Source: Podarcis muralis (taxonomy: Eukaryota). From it: DNA of 64,000 nucleotides. Of this stretch, positions 61,301 to 64,000 are shown one piece after another (position 1 is the first letter of the stretch; each line of letters starts with the position of its first letter). The translations under genes and the position numbers were made by a program. The notes below the pieces were generated by a model that was not told where the DNA came from, did no database searches, and saw only the letters and a program-made list of their open reading frames with translations. Where the stretch lies: NCBI RefSeq assembly GCF_964188315.1, contig NC_135656.1, forward strand, positions 80,228,001 through 80,292,000. Reading direction: 5' to 3'.

Positions 61301-62486
61301 AGGTGGGCTGAGGACCACACCTACTGCTCCCACTCTTGACTCTTTCTGCTCATTTATAGCATGAATGTTTGAAGGGTCTTAGTACATAAAGTTGCACTGT
61401 AAATGCTTTTCCATACTCTAGAGCCCTGATCATTCATATTATATGTGATTATGTGCTTCCTACCTCCCATCAGGGAGGAGTTGAGAAGCTTTTGTTTCTG
61501 TTTTAGAGTGACCACTTGCCATATTTTCTGAACTCAGATGAACTGTGCTTAAACCATGGTCAGTGGAAACAAGCCAACTTCAAACCATAGCTTACGAACC
61601 TGCCTCCTTTTAATAACCATAGTTGACATTAGGTTTTGGATGGCATCCTTAACCGCTTTTAATTTAAAATTGAACTGGAAGCATCTATTCTCCTCCTCAC
61701 AGCCAAATTGGAGGAAGAGAGGGAAGGGGGAATGTTTGACCCCATGGATGGGTTGGCTCATTTTTGAAACACCAATCCATGGTTTAGCATTATGCCAGAA
61801 TGCAGCCAGCGGCTATTCTGGAATTATGATCTGCTGCTAGTTTTCCTAGAAGAGCCTCAACATGTTAAAATGGGGATATTACACCCAATTGCTTGAGGAT
61901 CACCTATAGGTTTAGAAATAAGAAGGTTGTAAAAATCTGTTCAAACACAAATACCATTAGTGATTTACCAGGGTGCAGATGGAACAGGTAACTTAGCAGC
62001 AATTGTTATTATTTGTTTGTTTAATGTGGTAATTCTGTGATTGGGTGCACAAGACCCTCTTTCGAAGTGCATATTGGCCAAGAATCACATGGCTCTTAGT
62101 GTCACAACATTGATCCCTCCCCTAAAATCAAGCTGTATACCAAGGCATTTTGCAAGCGATACCAGCAATCATTATTATTGCTTTGCTAAAGGTTGTGGTT
62201 ATTGTTCTTTGCCCTATAGTAGAATGCTGAAATTAATATCTTCCCAAACAGATAAAGGGACCTCCTGTCATGTAATTGCTCTTGGCTTTTGATATGGCCC
62301 AAATAGTCTCCAGTTAGTTCTTAGAGCAGCTGCTGTTGCAATCTGTTTGAGTAAGAGCTGTCGCTGCAACCATTGCTTTCTATATTGCTGATCGGAGTGC
62401 TTTTTCATCTGAATTTCTTTTGGTTAGCTTGATGTATGCTTTGATGTGCTTCAGCTAAACTTAAACACAGCTACCCCACCGTGCGT

Positions 62487-62495
<9 letters not shown>

Positions 62496-62526
<31 letters not shown>
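62496..62526. repeat. (CA)n microsatellite
   Basis: Read directly from the sequence. Confidence 0.9.
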
Positions 62527-62531
<5 letters not shown>

Positions 62532-63436
62532 CTGGTTTCCATGGTTTCCATGTGCTAGATTGTCACTTGTCTCTATCTTCGCGGATCCTTTTAACTAAAT
62601 TTGATTCCTGATCCTTTAAGGAACGACAATAATTTGTGCAAACCCTCCAACATTTCATAGAGGGGAAAACAAGGACACTCTTGTAACATTGCACCACCCA
62701 CTAGTACTGTTCCATATTGCTGGCAACTCTTCACCATCTGCTCTGTGTTGGATTCATTTACTCTGAAATAGCCTGTCCCACCCAGGCTTCTGAAGCAGGT
62801 GTGTTAGTGTATATTGATCATAACAGTTTGGGTGCTTTGTTTTGTTTTTGTTTTAATTTTTTAAAACCTTACTGTTTTAACATAATGTTTTCCCTCACGA
62901 TGGATATGGTTCGATTGACTAGCTGCAGCCCAAACACACACAGCAACATTTACTATATGGATAAGGGAGTAACAGGAGGTGTATTGAAGGGAAGCAACAC
63001 AGGATAAACAAACAAGAATTAGCAGCAGCCTCTGCCTAGTTACATAATTGGTGAAAATGTACATTAGGGTGAAAAACATATTTACCACATAGTATTGTTG
63101 CAAGATTGTGGGTTAATGGACCAGAAGGACTGCTCAAAGGTGGCCAGATGCATCCTTTTGTTAAGCAAACTACAAGTGATATGTTGCCATGGGAATTCAA
63201 TAGTTAGACAACTGCTTCTTGATGATTCAGGAGAATTTGGGGAATGTTCCGAACAGGGAAGCTTTACAGAGAAGTGGGGAGGTCATCCTCCTTCAAGCTA
63301 GGGTGTGGGGAGAAAGTAGGTTGGTTGAGATGCACAGGAAGAGAAACAAGGAACCGGGTTTGGGCTCTGTAGGAATCTTGTCTGTACTGCTAGCATGGGC
63401 GTGGCCAGGATTTATTTTAGGAGGGCAGGATTTATG

Positions 63437-63882
63437 TGTTAGAATTCCTGCTCTGTGATTACAGTCATGGGATTGCTGTCTTTCACATGACGTGGTATGT
63501 TTTGACTCTACAAAGTGGGAAGTAACGGAGACAGGATGTTTGTGTTACTGTGTTCCGTGAAGTGGGACTGTTGTCCTTTGTTTTTTTCTCTTTGCTGTCT
63601 GATGCTAGACAGAGAGGGAGCCATGTTGCAGTGCTCCGTGTATGTTTATATGTAAATATAGTAGATTAGCCAAAATGTTGAGTTGCTGAGGTCTGTCACG
63701 CATGATGCGCAAACTCTGCGGATCCTTAAGTGTGCCTGTGTCGGCTGGCATCGGTCGCTGTGATGTTCAGGCTGAAGAAAGCTAATGAAGCTCCCAAACG
63801 ATCGACCAGGAGGGAGAGAACATGCCAGTCAGGCATGTGTCTCTGCCAGGGTCCTACTCAAATGTAGGACGAGCTCCTGACA
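63437..63882 (+). mobile_element. Solo LTR (446 bp) nested in a MITE-like host element
   Basis: TGTTAG...CTGACA termini with a 5-bp TSD ttatg/ttgtg (1 mismatch) and a degenerate poly(A)-like aaatatag at ~63654. The host begins gggcgtggccagg (~63397) and ends ...agactacgcc at the window edge. Confidence 0.6.
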
Positions 63883-64000
63883 TTGTGTTGGGGGAACAAA
63901 ACTGAGTTATCTGTGATGCAATTGGTCAGTTAGTTAAGTATTATTATTTATTTACTTGATTTGGGGGGCAGCTGCCGCCTCTGCACCCCCAGACTACGCC

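Overview
This is vertebrate genomic DNA, almost certainly a lacertid lizard (Podarcis/Lacerta-like), judged from its Sauria/Squam SINEs, BovB and lizard-type L2/CR1 fragments. It holds two genes on the minus strand in the order I recall for human 3p21.1. DCP1A (mRNA decapping enzyme 1A) is complete: 10 coding exons from 43198 to 11571, a 1722-nt CDS encoding 573 aa, all GT-AG introns, and a probable ~4.6-kb 3'UTR ending near 6971. TKT (transketolase) is represented by its CpG-island promoter and first coding exon (4265-4159); the rest runs off the left edge. The right ~20 kb is intergenic and transposon-rich. Most listed ORFs are artefacts of GC-rich or repeat sequence. No CRISPR array, rRNA or true tRNA gene was seen. 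Main observations: (1) an intact minimal type-I hammerhead ribozyme in a 96-bp Penelope-derived retroposon with a 13-bp TSD, nested in a LINE whose reading frame it interrupts, plus a sister copy with the ribozyme destroyed in DCP1A intron 6; (2) an inverted pair of MITEs flanking DCP1A exons 7-9; (3) a speculative, phase-compatible chain of antisense exons nested in DCP1A introns; (4) MITEs carrying NRF1/ETS/CRE motifs. All comparisons to human sequences and all repeat-family names are from memory and need database confirmation.
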